From Podarcis erhardii (lineage: Eukaryota): a stretch of 64,000 nt of DNA. Below, one piece after another: positions 34,475 to 49,326 of the stretch (position 1 is the first letter of the stretch; the number at the start of each line of letters is the position of its first letter). The DNA is taken from NCBI GenBank assembly GCA_964252035.1, contig OZ176204.1; one strand, written 5' to 3'. The translations under genes and the position numbers were made by a program. The notes beneath the pieces were generated by a model, which had not been told where the DNA came from, made no database searches, and worked only from the letters and a program-made list of their open reading frames with translations.

Positions 34475-37400
34475 AAGGAGACAGAGCAGACAAGTGAGGG
34501 AGGGTGGTGATGCAGATGGAGCTGTACACATGACCAGAAGGCGGGGGAAACAGAACTAGGAGGGCCTGAACAAAGTTGCAGAGGTATCCAGGAGACTTGC
34601 ATCTGCGATGCAGCTCTTACCTGTCTAATGTGCACTTTTCTTTGTGGTTCCCTCAGTGTGTGTGCGCGTGTGCGCGCGCGCGCACGGTTCATTTAGTAGT
34701 TCGTTTTGCCAGCAAAACATGTTCTATATATTGAGTAGATAAAACGACCAGAAGAGCAGAATAGCTCACCCTTCCACAAATAAACAAATCGGGATGGCAG
34801 GGACTCCCCGCCTTATATTTTAAAACTGTCATGGCCCTCATGGACGCATTCCACTTCTAATATAAATACTGGAGCTGAGGAACTTGATGACAAGGAGAGC
34901 TGCACTTTGCAAGAATAACGCCCAGCCCAGTTGCGTTAGCACGGCCACTAGCCAAAAGCAGAATCTAAACTCCCCAAAGGCAATAAGACTGTTTGGTTAC
35001 TAGCTCCATTGGACTGCTGCTGCTGCTGCTAATACTACTACTACTACTGCTATTAGCTTCCCACCGGAGGACCGCAGCCGCATAAGGCGTGGAAGAGACA
35101 ATTAGAAGTCCTTGCACGTTTGTCCACACAAAATGTTTTGCGGATCGCAGTTTCTCCCCCTACTGACTGCCCTGGACAATGCGGCCCAATTGTAAAGTAT
35201 TGGCAAAATGCCCTTTACTCACAGAGCCCAGTTAAGTCACCTATTGAAACGACTGGGACTATGTAAGCGGGCTTCAATGAGATTGCTGCGGCTTAAGTGT
35301 CTTGTGAACTGGTTTGAGGATCCTAACAACTTGAACACCGTGGCCCAGTGGTTTGGGGGGGGGGGGGAATCACAGACTTGCCCTGCCAGACAGTGGGTAG
35401 GAGAGAGATGAGGTTTGTTGAAGAAAAACCCTCTTATTACGCACACACAACCACATTGACAGCACCTACTAATAACCATTGAAAAGCTGAACAAATGACA
35501 ATTGACTTCTTCCGTTTCAGGTTTTGCTTATCATAGCCTAGGAAATAAATGCATACCAGAAAGTAGGCAGCAAAGCAGCCGTTCTGTCCTCTGTCTCCCA
35601 CTGACACCAGCGACAATTATGTCTGCTTAAGTGTCGGCAGGATTGCCGCCCAATGGCGTGTTCTGTTGCTTCCAGTGACCTCAGCCACCAACTGGAAAAG
35701 ATGTGGTTAAGATTTCTGCATAAGAGAAACCACAGTATTATTTCTGTAGGTTGGAGATTCAGCAGAAATCTGTTGTGGGAAGGAGATTTACACTTCCCCC
35801 CCAAAATACCTTCTCGATCAGTTCCAAGGATCAAAAGCCTAAGAGTCTGAGGTGCTTTTTTCCACTCTAAACCCAGATATAATCACATTTGTAGTTTATA
35901 TTATCCTATCTTCCTCAAGGAATAGATTACATTTCTGCATAAATACGACACTTGGCGGATTTCTCCAATAAATAAGTAAATACAGAGTGGGGGAGTGTAA
36001 GCTTTTTTTTTTTTTTTTTTAAAGCAAATAAATAAATAAACTTCCTAAACTTTAGAGCAATCATCTGGTCTTATACGCTGGGAGTATTTTCTTTACCCCA
36101 TCTCTTTAACATAGTTTATTAGGCTGTATCTGTTAGCAGAATCTGACCTTTAGCTTTTAGTTAAAACAGCCAGATTCTCTGGGCGATTGAGACCCCCAGA
36201 AACTTTTTTCGCGTTTTCTATGTCTGTCTCGCTGAAGGGTCATTGAATCAGTGTAGGGAAGTGGTGACCTTTCCGAAGAAGGTCTTCACTGCTTATGAAG
36301 AAGGAAAGTCTTGTGAATAAGGGATTTCTATGCAACTCTACCCCTTCCCACTTCAAAAATCGCCTGTAAACGCAAACCTTCAGGGTGCACTACGGACATT
36401 TTCGCCTTATTTCGAATAGCAGCGTAGGAATTCATAGGAAAAGGAACCAGCCCGATAAGAGGCTTCCTTAAGCTGAAATATACGGGTGCAAGACTTGTGT
36501 CGTGCACATGATTTCGAGGGAAACAATCCATTTAAAACCCAAGTTATCTGGGGGATTAACTGAGTTGTTGATGGGATGTAAGAGCATAATACAGGGGGAA
36601 GCCCGTGTTTCCTGATCACCCATTCAGCATTTAGGCAGCCGGGAGACTTAAGAGAAGGGAAGGAATTCACCAAAATCAAGAAGAGCCACGTGGAAGGATT
36701 GGCGAAGAATCGCCGCAAGATAATGATGAGAATTAAACGTGAACCCTCCCTTATATTCAGGAAGGTATTGGCTCAGAAAATATGACGGAAAATACTGACG
36801 GAAAATAAAGGAGAAATTCTGTATCTCCCCCCCCCCCTTTTATTATGCCCTGCCTTTTATTGCTGAAAACTAATGTCTAATTGGGCTAAGCTGCAGGAAA
36901 GGATGAGAAAGCAGGTAATAGGTAGAAGGTAATGACCAGTTGTGAAGATGGGATGGCTTCAAATCCTCTTCCTTCCACCAGTTCAGAACTTGAATTACTG
37001 AAGATCAACCCAATCAAATGTTTATTTCAAATGGAATACTTAATCTAGTGCCTCAGATTAAGGTATTCCTGTCAGATAAGATGTCAATCAATGCCCTACT
37101 TAACTCCTCGCATGGTGGAAGTTGGGTAGCCACCACATTGTGGAAAGCTGGTATACCGGGTAACGATGATACATATCATGTAGACCCCATCGCCAAGATC
37201 AAAGCTTTCTTCTTTAATAGGATCCAATACATGTCAAACCTCATTCCAATCAAATCGCCCGTAAATTAATGCAAGATGAATATGTCATAGAATAATGTGA
37301 CAATGCAATCACAGAGGGTCAGGGGTTGTTGTTTCAATGAGAGAGTTGTCAAATATTAATTCTAGAACCTCCAAATGAATAGGCAGAGAGCAGGATTAAG

Positions 37401-39756
37401 CACTTGCTGGTGGGACCTTGTGTGGCTGATTTGTGTTCATGCAAGCAAGTTAAACACTAGAGGGGAGGAATCATATATTGTCTTTGGGCTTTTTTTTTAA
37501 AGAAAGTCATATTTTAACTTACTTGACTGTCCCAGAAGGTTTCTGTAAAGTCGTTTTCTTTTCCTCATTACAAGGGGACCCTTGTGCCTTATTTTCTAAC
37601 TTGGTTCCTGTTCAGGAGAGAAAAGTGGCAATATTTTTTAAAGTGTCTAGTTTATATGCAAGTGATAAATAATTGAAGAATGGCGTGAAATCTTTTTCTT
37701 TTTTTTTAATACCCCCATCCCGAATAAAAACCTCAAATTGTTTTGGAATTCAAGTCTTTGTGTCGCCAAAATATGGCAGAAGTAAAGAAGGGGGGAGGGG
37801 GAGAGATGGAAGAGGTGGAATATATTTACAATAAAACATTTCAAAACTTCGTGCATATATTACAGAACAACCCTAGGGCTGATTTAGAGGAAGAGATAGG
37901 ACAGGAGATTTCCAGAATTCTGCTTTGATCTGACACATACCTCCTGGCTGAGCACTGAGAAGTGTTACCACCGACGACGCTGCATTGTTTATGGACTTTT
38001 CAGAGCTAATATTAAACTTTTCAGCGCTAATACCGTCGTGTTTGTTTGCAAGGCTCTTCCAACCAAAGATGGGATGCTTTAAAGCTGCCGCTTTTGCACC
38101 GTCCAACTCTTGCTTTCAAAGGAGAACCAATGGCCTGGCTGTGCCAAGAGAGGAGCTCTCAGTGCCGATACTAAGACTTAAGAGGAGACTTCAAAAAGCA
38201 ATAGATTCAGCCCTTGACTTAGTGCTAGTGGTCAATGTGAACAGTAAGGTAGGAATAATAGGAAGGAGTGACGATAACCCTTGTGCCAATTGCAGAGGAA
38301 GTAAATGACCAAGTCTAAATATTGTTGCAGGAGCTCTTTCTGGATATATATTCCTGAAAGGGAGATAGGAAGGAGAGGAATATATACTTTATATAATTCC
38401 ATAAGAACCAAATAATGCAAATATGTGAGCTCAAAGAGGGATTTCGTATAGCTTGTAGTTGTTGTTTTTATAAACAAACTATGTTAGAAAGATTTCCAAT
38501 GGGAGTGAAATAAATAAATAAATACTCTTAAAATGCTCAATGAAGTTATTGAATCAAGGAGGGGCTTTATATGGGATATCCAAACTTGACACTTTTGAAT
38601 CATTGTAAATTATTATGATGCTATTAATTATTTTTTTTATTCTGGAATACGTTTTAATTTTAAAAAATAAACAGATGTGTGGGGGGGGGGGCAGAGGCCA
38701 GATTTCCTCAAATACTATCAAGGTGGAGTGCAACGTCTCCGCACATCATATACAATTTGGGGTTATTATTAACACCGAAGTAGTGTTCTGACCTGAAGAG
38801 GGGGAAAGATAGGATTTCCCGTTTCTTTTTGGCTCGAAAAAAGGAGAGGAAATAGGTGCAAGGTCCATGAATGGGGAAAAACCCCCGGCATTATATACCT
38901 TAACCTCACTTATTAATACTTATTTTTTCCTAGTTCAAAGTTTGACACGCACTTCTCCCGAAATTTCAAAAGGGTTTAAGTTAGGGGGCACCATAAACAG
39001 CGTCTGTTTACAGCCCGAACTCTGTCTTATGTATTCCATTCCAGAAGTGCATGAGATTATTTTATTGTGTGAGATGCACTTCTGAGATGAGATGGAACAA
39101 GCCTGTGTATGTGTGCGTAGGGGTTTGTGCGCGCGCGTGTGTAGTATTTACATCCAGAAAGGCTGGACTTCTGCTGCAGGTCGGCTAGTCAACAGCCTCT
39201 ATTTCCATACTAAAAACAATTTGGCAGCACTCAAATCATGGCCGGTAACCCGACTCTCCATGCAGCCAGCCATTCTAATAAACTTCCAGCAAATCTTTTA
39301 CAGATCCAGCTGACTCTTTGGAATATCATGCGGAATTTGGGGGTTCTTCTTATGAACTATTTCCATCCTCAAACGGCCTAGTTAAGGCAAGGGAAGCTGC
39401 AATGAATCCACCTCCCCAACGCATATTGTTTTAAAAGCATAACATATATTTTTCAACGCTCTGAGACTGAGCATACAAGGCTCAAGGTAATCCTAAATGT
39501 CTATTACTCTTATAGAGCAACTAAGAAGACACTTGGACAGATCTTGCTTTTCAAGAGCTAGACAAACTGTTTGCGGAGAGCATTAGAGCAACTCTATTCT
39601 TGGACGGAGGTTAGGAAATCAGGTTGAGCTAGTCGTTCGAAACGGAAGGGCGAACCAATGTGCACAGAGGCGGGCGCGCGCGGGCGCGCGGGCGCGCGAC
39701 TACACACTCGAGTCATTGTCCCGGATACGGTGGGCCCGGCACATGTTCCCGGTCGC

Positions 39757-39769
39757 AGGTCAGAGGTCA
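39757..39769 (+). promoter_or_regulatory. perfect DR1 nuclear-receptor element AGGTCA-G-AGGTCA
   Basis: Exact consensus in a CpG-rich patch with CCAAT (39655-39659) and GCGC repeats between ZIC4 and ZIC1. Confidence 0.6.
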
Positions 39770-39918
39770 AGCTCCAGGGGTGTTTCCAAAGCCGGCCACT
39801 TCAAGAACTCAAGCCTTCAACACTTATCCAAACTGATTAACTACATGATCAACAGTAGCCAAGGAAATGCAACGGGCTTCACAGGTCTCGCCAATGCGAG
39901 AAATAGCCAGACCAGGAT

Positions 39919-39921
<3 letters not shown>

Positions 39922-40001
<80 letters not shown>
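39922..40001. repeat. (GT)16(GA)24 compound microsatellite
   Basis: Read directly from the sequence. Confidence 0.95.
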
Positions 40002-40006
<5 letters not shown>

Positions 40007-41521
40007 GTGGGGGAGATGTGACTTTCGTGGAAATCCTTCTCGATTCCCTTTAAGACTTGGATAGCCTAAAGCTCTGTCGCCCTCCTCCTTCTGATCCAGA
40101 TTTTACAGATATTCTCTTTAAAGAATAAAATAAAAATGCAGCAAAATAAATCAGCGAAAGGGTTTGTGGTGGTTGTTATTTTTTTTAAAAAAAACATGCA
40201 GGTTGGTAGACATTTTTGCACGAATTAAAAAAAAGAAACAAGGAGTTAAATGATGCTGGAGTGGGGTGTTTGTGTGTAAGGGAGGTGGGAGTGTCACCCG
40301 ATTACGGAGAGCTCCTGATCGAGATGGGAATGGAAGGTCCATTGTGAAAAGCTTACGAAGTCTTGGCTACTAGACCTTTAGCCACAGACATGGTTAACTC
40401 CTTCCTAACTGCGCAGGAGAGAGTGCCTGAAACAGAGAAACTGGCGCCGAGTTCTCAAGGGGGAGCAAGACCTGGGCTGACCAATCCCCGCCTCTCGGTT
40501 CCTCCCTGCACCTCGAGCCCAAAGCAGCGACTCAACTTCCACGGTTGGGAGGCTGGAGCAGAGGTGGACCGAGATAACCGCACTTCTCTAACGCTCGGCA
40601 CCCTAGGGCATTGTCTGCTTAGGATACACACTCTGATGTTCCCCGCCCCCTGTTCCCTCTCTTCCGAGGCAACCGCATCTCTTTCGTTGCCCTATCTTTT
40701 CCCCGTCTGCCCTCCTGTAGTGGGCGTTCAGATATAGGGCGCTTGTCCCAGCGGCACCATGGGAAGCACCTTGATCACAAACGCCCCGATCCACTGGCGG
40801 TGTGGACCTTCGGGTCGGGGAAGGGAAAGCCCTGCCCGCCTTTGGCGGTGGGGCCAGGTGCAGCTTTACCTCCCAGCAGTCTCCCGTGGAGGAAAGTCTC
40901 TGCCCACGTGCCTGAAAAGGTGCCAAACCACATCCGCAGAGTGTGTGCGAAGAGAGGGGGGGCTCCTAAGGTTCATTCATGCACATAACAAGCCTCTTGA
41001 AGGTGAAAGGTTGCTCCAGCGCTTGGCCTGACTGTGGCAGAAGGGAAGCCGCATTTCCTAGCCCGCCCCGCGTCTCCTACCCCTTGATCACCACTTCAGT
41101 CACTTACCCCACTCCACCTGTTGAAGCAGAGATCCCCTCATTTCTGCATAGCATGTCAGAACTGACCAAAAAAAGAGAAGAAAGTCGAAAGACAGAGGGA
41201 GAGGAGAGGAGAGGCTGGGGGGTGGGTGGGATAGAGGGGGTAGGGTGGGCAGCGGTTGGATCAAACAAAATCAAAACACCTCTTGGGCGACTTCATCGAG
41301 GCGGTCATCCTTCATTTCTTCTTTTCTTGCTTTCTGGGAGCAGCTGGGGATTGTATGGAGAGGCAGAAATGAGCCTTCAGGATGATATTTTAATGGCTTA
41401 TATGTCACGTTGGTGCATGTGGCTTTGAACTGGAGCAGCTTTCGTTTCCTGCAGAGAGCATGCCGCAAATCCCACTTGATAACTTCTGCAGCCCACAACA
41501 CTTGCACACAGAGCGCGCGCA

Positions 41522-41557
<36 letters not shown>

Positions 41558-42755
41558 TGGACTTTATATCTGAACATGTTCCCAACAGCAAACAAACAAA
41601 CAAACTTTGGACTGTACCCTTCCACGGTTGTTGACTCTTGAGATGGGGTTAAGTGTTGCTCTGCATTTTGGAGAGGCGAATCTATTCCCTTTTGCTAACT
41701 TCAAGTATGTGTAGATTATTCTCTCTGGAACCAAACGTTCCTGAGATTCTTGCCCGTCGCTCTGGGATTAGGCATACTAGAGTGAAAGGGCGAAAGAGCA
41801 AGATCTCATTACATATACCAAGTCGAACACATGAAAACTCTTTATATTCCTTATCAAGGGAAGATGCTTCAGACCTGTTGCTTTAGGACCTTAGATGTGT
41901 GCTTGTATGTATGTGTGTATGTGTTTGTATGCGTCTGTGTACACACACACACACACACACAACATTGTGTGTGTGCGTGCGTACGTTTGTGTGTGCAAGT
42001 CTTCTTTCATGCAAACAGCATTACCTGCGCTATCGGTCAGAAACTATGAAGCCGTGCTAATAGAACTGCCCCGAATATCCTCCTTTATGCATTGAACCTA
42101 CTCGGAAATTTGATATAATTTGGTATTACACTGCCGAATGGCAGTAAAAAGGTGGTTTTTGTTTTACTTAAACCAAACAGTGTGCCCCTCCCACATTTCA
42201 CTGAAATATACAGCTCTGAAATAGGAAATATTTTTCGTGCACTTTTATCTGCCAAGGGAATTGATTCCTAACTCCTTTAACAGAAAACAGGATAAATCAG
42301 GTTGGGGAAAAGTCATAGCGAAGTCACATAAAGGCTGGACAAAGGTTCAAAACCCGAAGGGCTTTGATTTCTAGTTAACATTTATTAACATCCCTCTCCC
42401 TCTCCGTCTAACACACAGGCTCACATTTTCTGTATTGGGGTTGGGGATGGTCCAGGTTAAAATATCATTATTATGGTGTTGTTGTTTTTTAAACCAAAAC
42501 TAAAAACACTGTTCTCAGCAAAACGCACCCTTTCTCAAAACTGCACGGGCATCACAGGGAATAACATACCCAAGTTGCTTTGCTTAATTGATTGAGTCAC
42601 AAAGATTGTCTCTTTTTAAGTAACCATACTTCTACATCTCGACAATCATTTTAATATATAGTCAATGGGTCTTTGTAACAGGAACAAAGAGGAACTATCC
42701 GTAGTTTTTCAATAGACTTGAGTTGGGTAAAGGCAGGTTAATCGAGGGGTTGCAT

Positions 42756-42895
42756 NNNNNNNNNNNNNNNNNNNNNNNNNNNNNNNNNNNNNNNNNNNNN
42801 NNNNNNNNNNNNNNNNNNNNNNNNNNNNNNNNNNNNNNNNNNNNNNNNNNNNNNNNNNNNNNNNNNNNNNNNNNNNNNNNNNNNNNNNNNNNNNN
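42756..42895. other. assembly gap (140 N) in the intergenic promoter region
   Basis: Run of N. Confidence 1.
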
Positions 42896-43799
42896 TCAGC
42901 AACAAAGGCGCCGCCTGCTTTTTCCACCGTCCTGGTGTGGCAAGTTGAGGAATTTCAATAAATGTGACAAGGGTGACTGATTTGTGAACTAGAAAAGGTT
43001 TGAGCGTCAGAAAATTTATATTGCTCCTATCTAGTGAGGATTTCAAATACATTATAAAACCCCAGGATCCAAAAGCTCCATGCAGCATAGAAGAGACAAA
43101 AGCAACTTTGGGGGGAAAAATACAGTCCTTTTTTTTTTTACCTGAATGAAAGAGGTCGCGTAAAAAAGAAAGAAAGAAAAACAAGAAACAAAGTGCAGGG
43201 AGATACAATAACAACACTACACTACACACACACACATACACACACACACACACAAACAAACAAACAAACAAACACACAGGCAGAAAGTTAAGCGCTCTCA
43301 CCCACCTGCCTTTTGATGGGTGCTAAAAAATAATTCAGAAAAAAAACAAAGTGATGGAACGTTACAGCCGTTTCCCCACAGAAATCACGCCTGCTGTTTT
43401 AAAGCAAAATCTAATGTAACCAACACATGCGTTTTGGAGAGCATCTGAAAGAAAACAAGGAGGAAGCCCAAATGGAAAAGGAGCAAGTCACAAAAGGACT
43501 TCCCCTGGGCAACTCCTTCAAAAGTTGGGTTGTTCAAAGATCTCTATCTCCAGGAACCAAGCATCACCATCACAAGAAAGAAGGAAAAGATAGGCACAGG
43601 AATAACATCTACATCTTTCTCTATCTCCATAAAGCAGCTATAGAAAAGAGAGCTTTGGAATATTGCCGAGCCGAAATATATATCTATTTCTATATATTAT
43701 ATATGTTTACGTATATAAAAAGTTGCTACTCCTGTACAAGCCTGTTTGTCAAAAGCGATGTCAATGCGCTTCACAATACCTGGGATTGATGAGCTGAGC

Positions 43800-43945
43800 T
43801 GGCCAATCAGGAGAGAAGGAAGGTTTTGCGCACCCTTAGTTGGAGAGGAAGGAGGGAGTTGCAAGCGAAAGTGGGAACCGCCAGGCACCAATGATCAGCG
43901 ACGTCGGTCTTTACGTAGCTCCTCCTCCTTCTCCCATTCATCAAG
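43800..43945 (+). promoter_or_regulatory. ZIC1: ZIC1 core promoter and probable TSS near 43935
   Basis: CCAAT at 43803-43807 and 43888-43892, GACGTC at 43900-43905, then CATTCATCAAGGGGGGACGGTGTCGTC, which matches my recollection of the start of human ZIC1 mRNA. Confidence 0.65.
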
Positions 43946-43986
43946 GGGGGGACGGTGTCGTCTTTTCAATTCATTTATCTGCAGGA

Positions 43987-44034
43987 ATGATTGCCGCTAT
44001 CAGTCTCGCGTTCACCGCCCGGCTGAGGAGGTGA
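43987..44034 (+). other. uORF1 in the ZIC1 5'UTR (MIAAISLAFTARLRR*)
   Basis: GGA-ATG-A start and TGA at 44032-44034, in the TSS-proximal part of the leader. Confidence 0.6.
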
Positions 44035-44379
44035 AAGTTTCTCCCCAGGAAGATAAACCGCAAAAGACAATATTGTGCATGATTTGCGCCGTTTTTTTTT
44101 TTTTTAACAAAGCAGGGGGAAAAAAGGAAAGTGAAGGGGGAAAAAAGCCCAAGGAGGGGGAAAAGAGACGGAAGGGGGAAAAGAGTGCAAGAACTGGAAG
44201 AGAAGAGAAAATTGCTCGCTAGTCCGCTACATTCCTCTAGCCTCTTTTTTTAAATTAAAAAAAAAAACCCAGAACTGAAGGAAGTTTAATTTTTGCTTTG
44301 CTCCCCCCTCCCCCGTCTGAGCCTGTTTCCTCCTCTCTCTTCACCATTGTTATTCGCGAGCGGAGTCTTCTGAATCTTT

Positions 44380-46009
<1,630 letters not shown>

Positions 46010-47007
46010 TAGGGAAGAAATATAAGGGTGGGGGCTCCTTTCTTAAACAAATCCACACCAAGAGCCGGGTTCAGTTCAGCTGGTGAATTAATTGGCAGTA
46101 TAAACCAAACATTGCTTTTCTTTTTATTTGTTTTTTTTTAAGTGGGGAAAAATCAAATGTACGGTAGGGCTCTAAATGTTTCAGGAAAAAAAGGGGAGAT
46201 TAGGGTGTGAGGTGGAGGGGAAAAGATGGCAGCGATCTGAATTGTTAAAATTTATTGGTTTTAATTAATTGGTAGTCGAGGGCACTGACTGTCTTACAGT
46301 GAGAAATCCTGCTAAATATATGGCTACCTAACCTCAGCTTTCCTTGCTATCTATTTCTCACCCTCTGTAAATATTTAATTATGTGGGGCTATTGTAAGTA
46401 ATCTGAGCTGTACGAGTTTATGTATTATTACAAGGAAACGTGGGGGTTGGGAGCGCTGAAATCACTCGCAAATCACCAGCTCCCTGTTCTAATATTTCTT
46501 GTGTTGTCTTTTCCTTCTCCCTCTCCTTTTGGAAAAAGAAATCCCACAACCTGTCGTGTGTTTATCTATTTTTATTTTTTTTTAATCTAAAGCTGGCGCT
46601 ATTGTGATTTGAACTGTTTAATCAGAAGTGTGCAATGCACTGCAAGTTTAATAACTAATACTACTGTGCAGCCGTGGAAGGTTATGTGTACACTACGTAA
46701 TAAATAAGGAAAGGAAGGGAAGGTAAACAAACCCCAAATTTAGCCATAAAAGTGGCAACAAACCTTCCCCTCCTTCCAAAACTGTGTGCAAATGTACTCC
46801 TTTGCCAGGCGTTCATTTTCTGGTGAGATGCCACAGTTCGCTGTTTAAAAAAAAGATAAATAAAATGGGGAAAGAAAACAGGCTTTGATTTAATTTACTC
46901 TTGTTCACTAAAGTGGGGGTTAGAATTGGCTGTAGGTGTTGCTCCATACTATAAAAATCTAGGTGCCAGATTTCCAATTAGGTCGACTTTGTTTGTTTTT
47001 GTAATAG

Positions 47008-47171
47008 GTGAAAAACCCTTTAAGTGTGAATTCGAGGGCTGTGACAGGCGCTTCGCCAACAGCAGCGATCGCAAAAAGCATATGCACGTCCACACTTCAG
47101 ACAAACCTTATCTCTGCAAAATGTGCGATAAGTCCTACACGCACCCGAGCTCCCTCCGAAAACACATGAAG
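47008..47171 (+). CDS. ZIC1: ZIC1 coding exon 2 (ZF4-ZF5, 164 nt)
   Basis: Acceptor TTTGTTTTTGTAATAG|GT; [54 protein letters not shown]; donor AAG|GTAAAT. Confidence 0.98.
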
Positions 47172-48079
47172 GTAAATGCTAGACGCAGTTTCCTCCCGCC
47201 CGCCCCCCCAAGCTTCTCTTTTCATTGGGATCTGCTTGGGCCGGGTGGCCTTCGCCTCTCTCCTTCCACCATCGACTTTGCACACCGCTATTTACTGGAG
47301 GAGGGGGGAGGGAAATAAACATTTATTCCTTATAAACAGTAGTTTATACAGTAGTGACGCGACGTTCCGGACAGGAAACTGGGAAACTAGCCCGTATTGT
47401 TCTGTCACTCTGGAAAGGTTTATTAAAGGAGAAGTGATTACGTTGCTTAAAGGCGTGGAAAGTCTTCGTTTCTGGAGACCCGGGATTCCAGTCCTTTACG
47501 CTGTAAATTGTCTCACAATGGATCCCGGTTTGGGCTAGCCTGGGGTTGTGCATTGCTTCAGGGGGAGAATTTAAAGAAAAAGACTCGATGGGGAGTCTGA
47601 AGGGACACAGGCAGGCATAGAAACTCTGGGTTTCTTGTTCAAGCCTCCGCTAGGATATCGTTCTTCTTTTGTGTATCCCAGGGCCGTATTTATCTTGCAT
47701 GGCAGTTCCCTGAAATTAGCTGAGAACAGGCGATCTCGGTGTATAGTTAAGTTAAGAGCTCGGCGTTTCTATGAGATCAGCCAACATCCTGATTAGCGAA
47801 GCAGTATTTCAAACTTCACGCTTCCCCCGCGCCGCCACCCTCCCCCCACCGTGGCATTTAGAGTTCAATCTATGAGCTCAGCTCCGTGATTTAGCATGTT
47901 GGGCAAGTAAACGGGCCAGATGCATACGTGCATATTGTTTGCATGGGTATAACAATATTTATATATTTATCTAGCCAGGGGTGGGTGGTTGTGTGTGCAC
48001 CCAGCGATACACGTATATCTATGTGTGAATCCACACACACTTCAAGGATTTCCCTTTGTTATTCATTTCTGTTTTCTAG

Positions 48080-48277
<198 letters not shown>

Positions 48278-49118
48278 ACAAACGAACAAACAAATGCAAA
48301 TCCAACCTATTTAAAAGACTCCAAAAATTAATGAACACTTTGAAAATCGATCTTTTTGTGCGTTTTGATTTTTTTTAAAATGCTGCCCATAGACCCAGGA
48401 CCGAATCAAATCAAGAATTCTCTCTCTCTCTCTCTCTCTTTCTTTCTCTCTCTCTTTCTATCTATCTCCCTCTCTTCTTCAATTTCTGTTGTTTTGTTTT
48501 GGTTTTGTCGTGTTTGGGGCAAAGGCTTGGAAAGCAAATGGTTTTTTTTCTAGAGTGCGTGAGAAGAGCAGGGTTATTGGGCCATCTTGCCGATGTGCAG
48601 GGCTTTTTAATGGAACCACTGACTGGAGTTCTTCAACTGCATGTCTCTTTGGGCAGCGCCTTGTTTTCTGTAAATACAGAAATACTAGCTTACAATGTAC
48701 TGTTTGATTTTGTAAATAGTTATACCACAAGTTGAATAAGGGGATACGTGGAATTGTGGTCTTTGCATATATATGTGGGGGGAGGGGAATAGGGGAGGGG
48801 GATAGGGGAGGAGGTTGAAAAGTGGGGGGGAAGGAGGGAGGAGGTAGCAAATCATCTATTTGTACTGAATGGCAAGGATGTTCTAGTAAATGTGTACCAA
48901 AATGTGAATTACTTTGTATTATTACAGTCTAAACGTCGACCTAACAGAATATTATTGGTATTAATGTGCTTTTTCTTTTGTATAAAGTGCAAACATTTCG
49001 TCCCAAAGTCCAGTCTAAGTAGTGCAGTAAAATGTTGTTACACGTCCTGTCAAGAAATTCGTATAGTGCAAGCCTGGATCTGCGTGTCAAACTGTTACAT
49101 TTGTTTATGTAAAGTGGT

Positions 49119-49326
49119 ATTAAAAAAAAAAAGCTATAAACTATAACCTGTCCATTGCTTTTGGCAAATACAACCACATACTGTATATACTTCCTAATTT
49201 CCATATTTATCCGCATGTAAAGGTCCGGTTATACATGTTACAGATATTCAATATTTATGGCTAGAAGAATTGGTATGTACAATTTAGTTTACAGAACTGT
49301 TTGGTAACATTTCGTACCTTATTAAA
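49119..49326 (+). terminator. ZIC1: ZIC1 candidate poly(A) signals ATTAAA (49119-49124 and 49321-49326)
   Basis: Variant hexamers preceded by TGTA motifs in AU-rich 3'UTR sequence; UTR-like sequence continues to about 50700. Confidence 0.55.

Noticed and set aside
36255-36320. Weak resemblance to the reverse complement of the mammalian ZIC4 first coding exon, about 6.7 kb from the internal acceptor
   Set aside because: The match is short and based on recalled sequence; there is no ATG and an in-frame stop is present. Cannot be supported without an alignment.
39737-39750. p53-like half site GCACATGTTC beside the DR1
   Set aside because: Only one imperfect half site.
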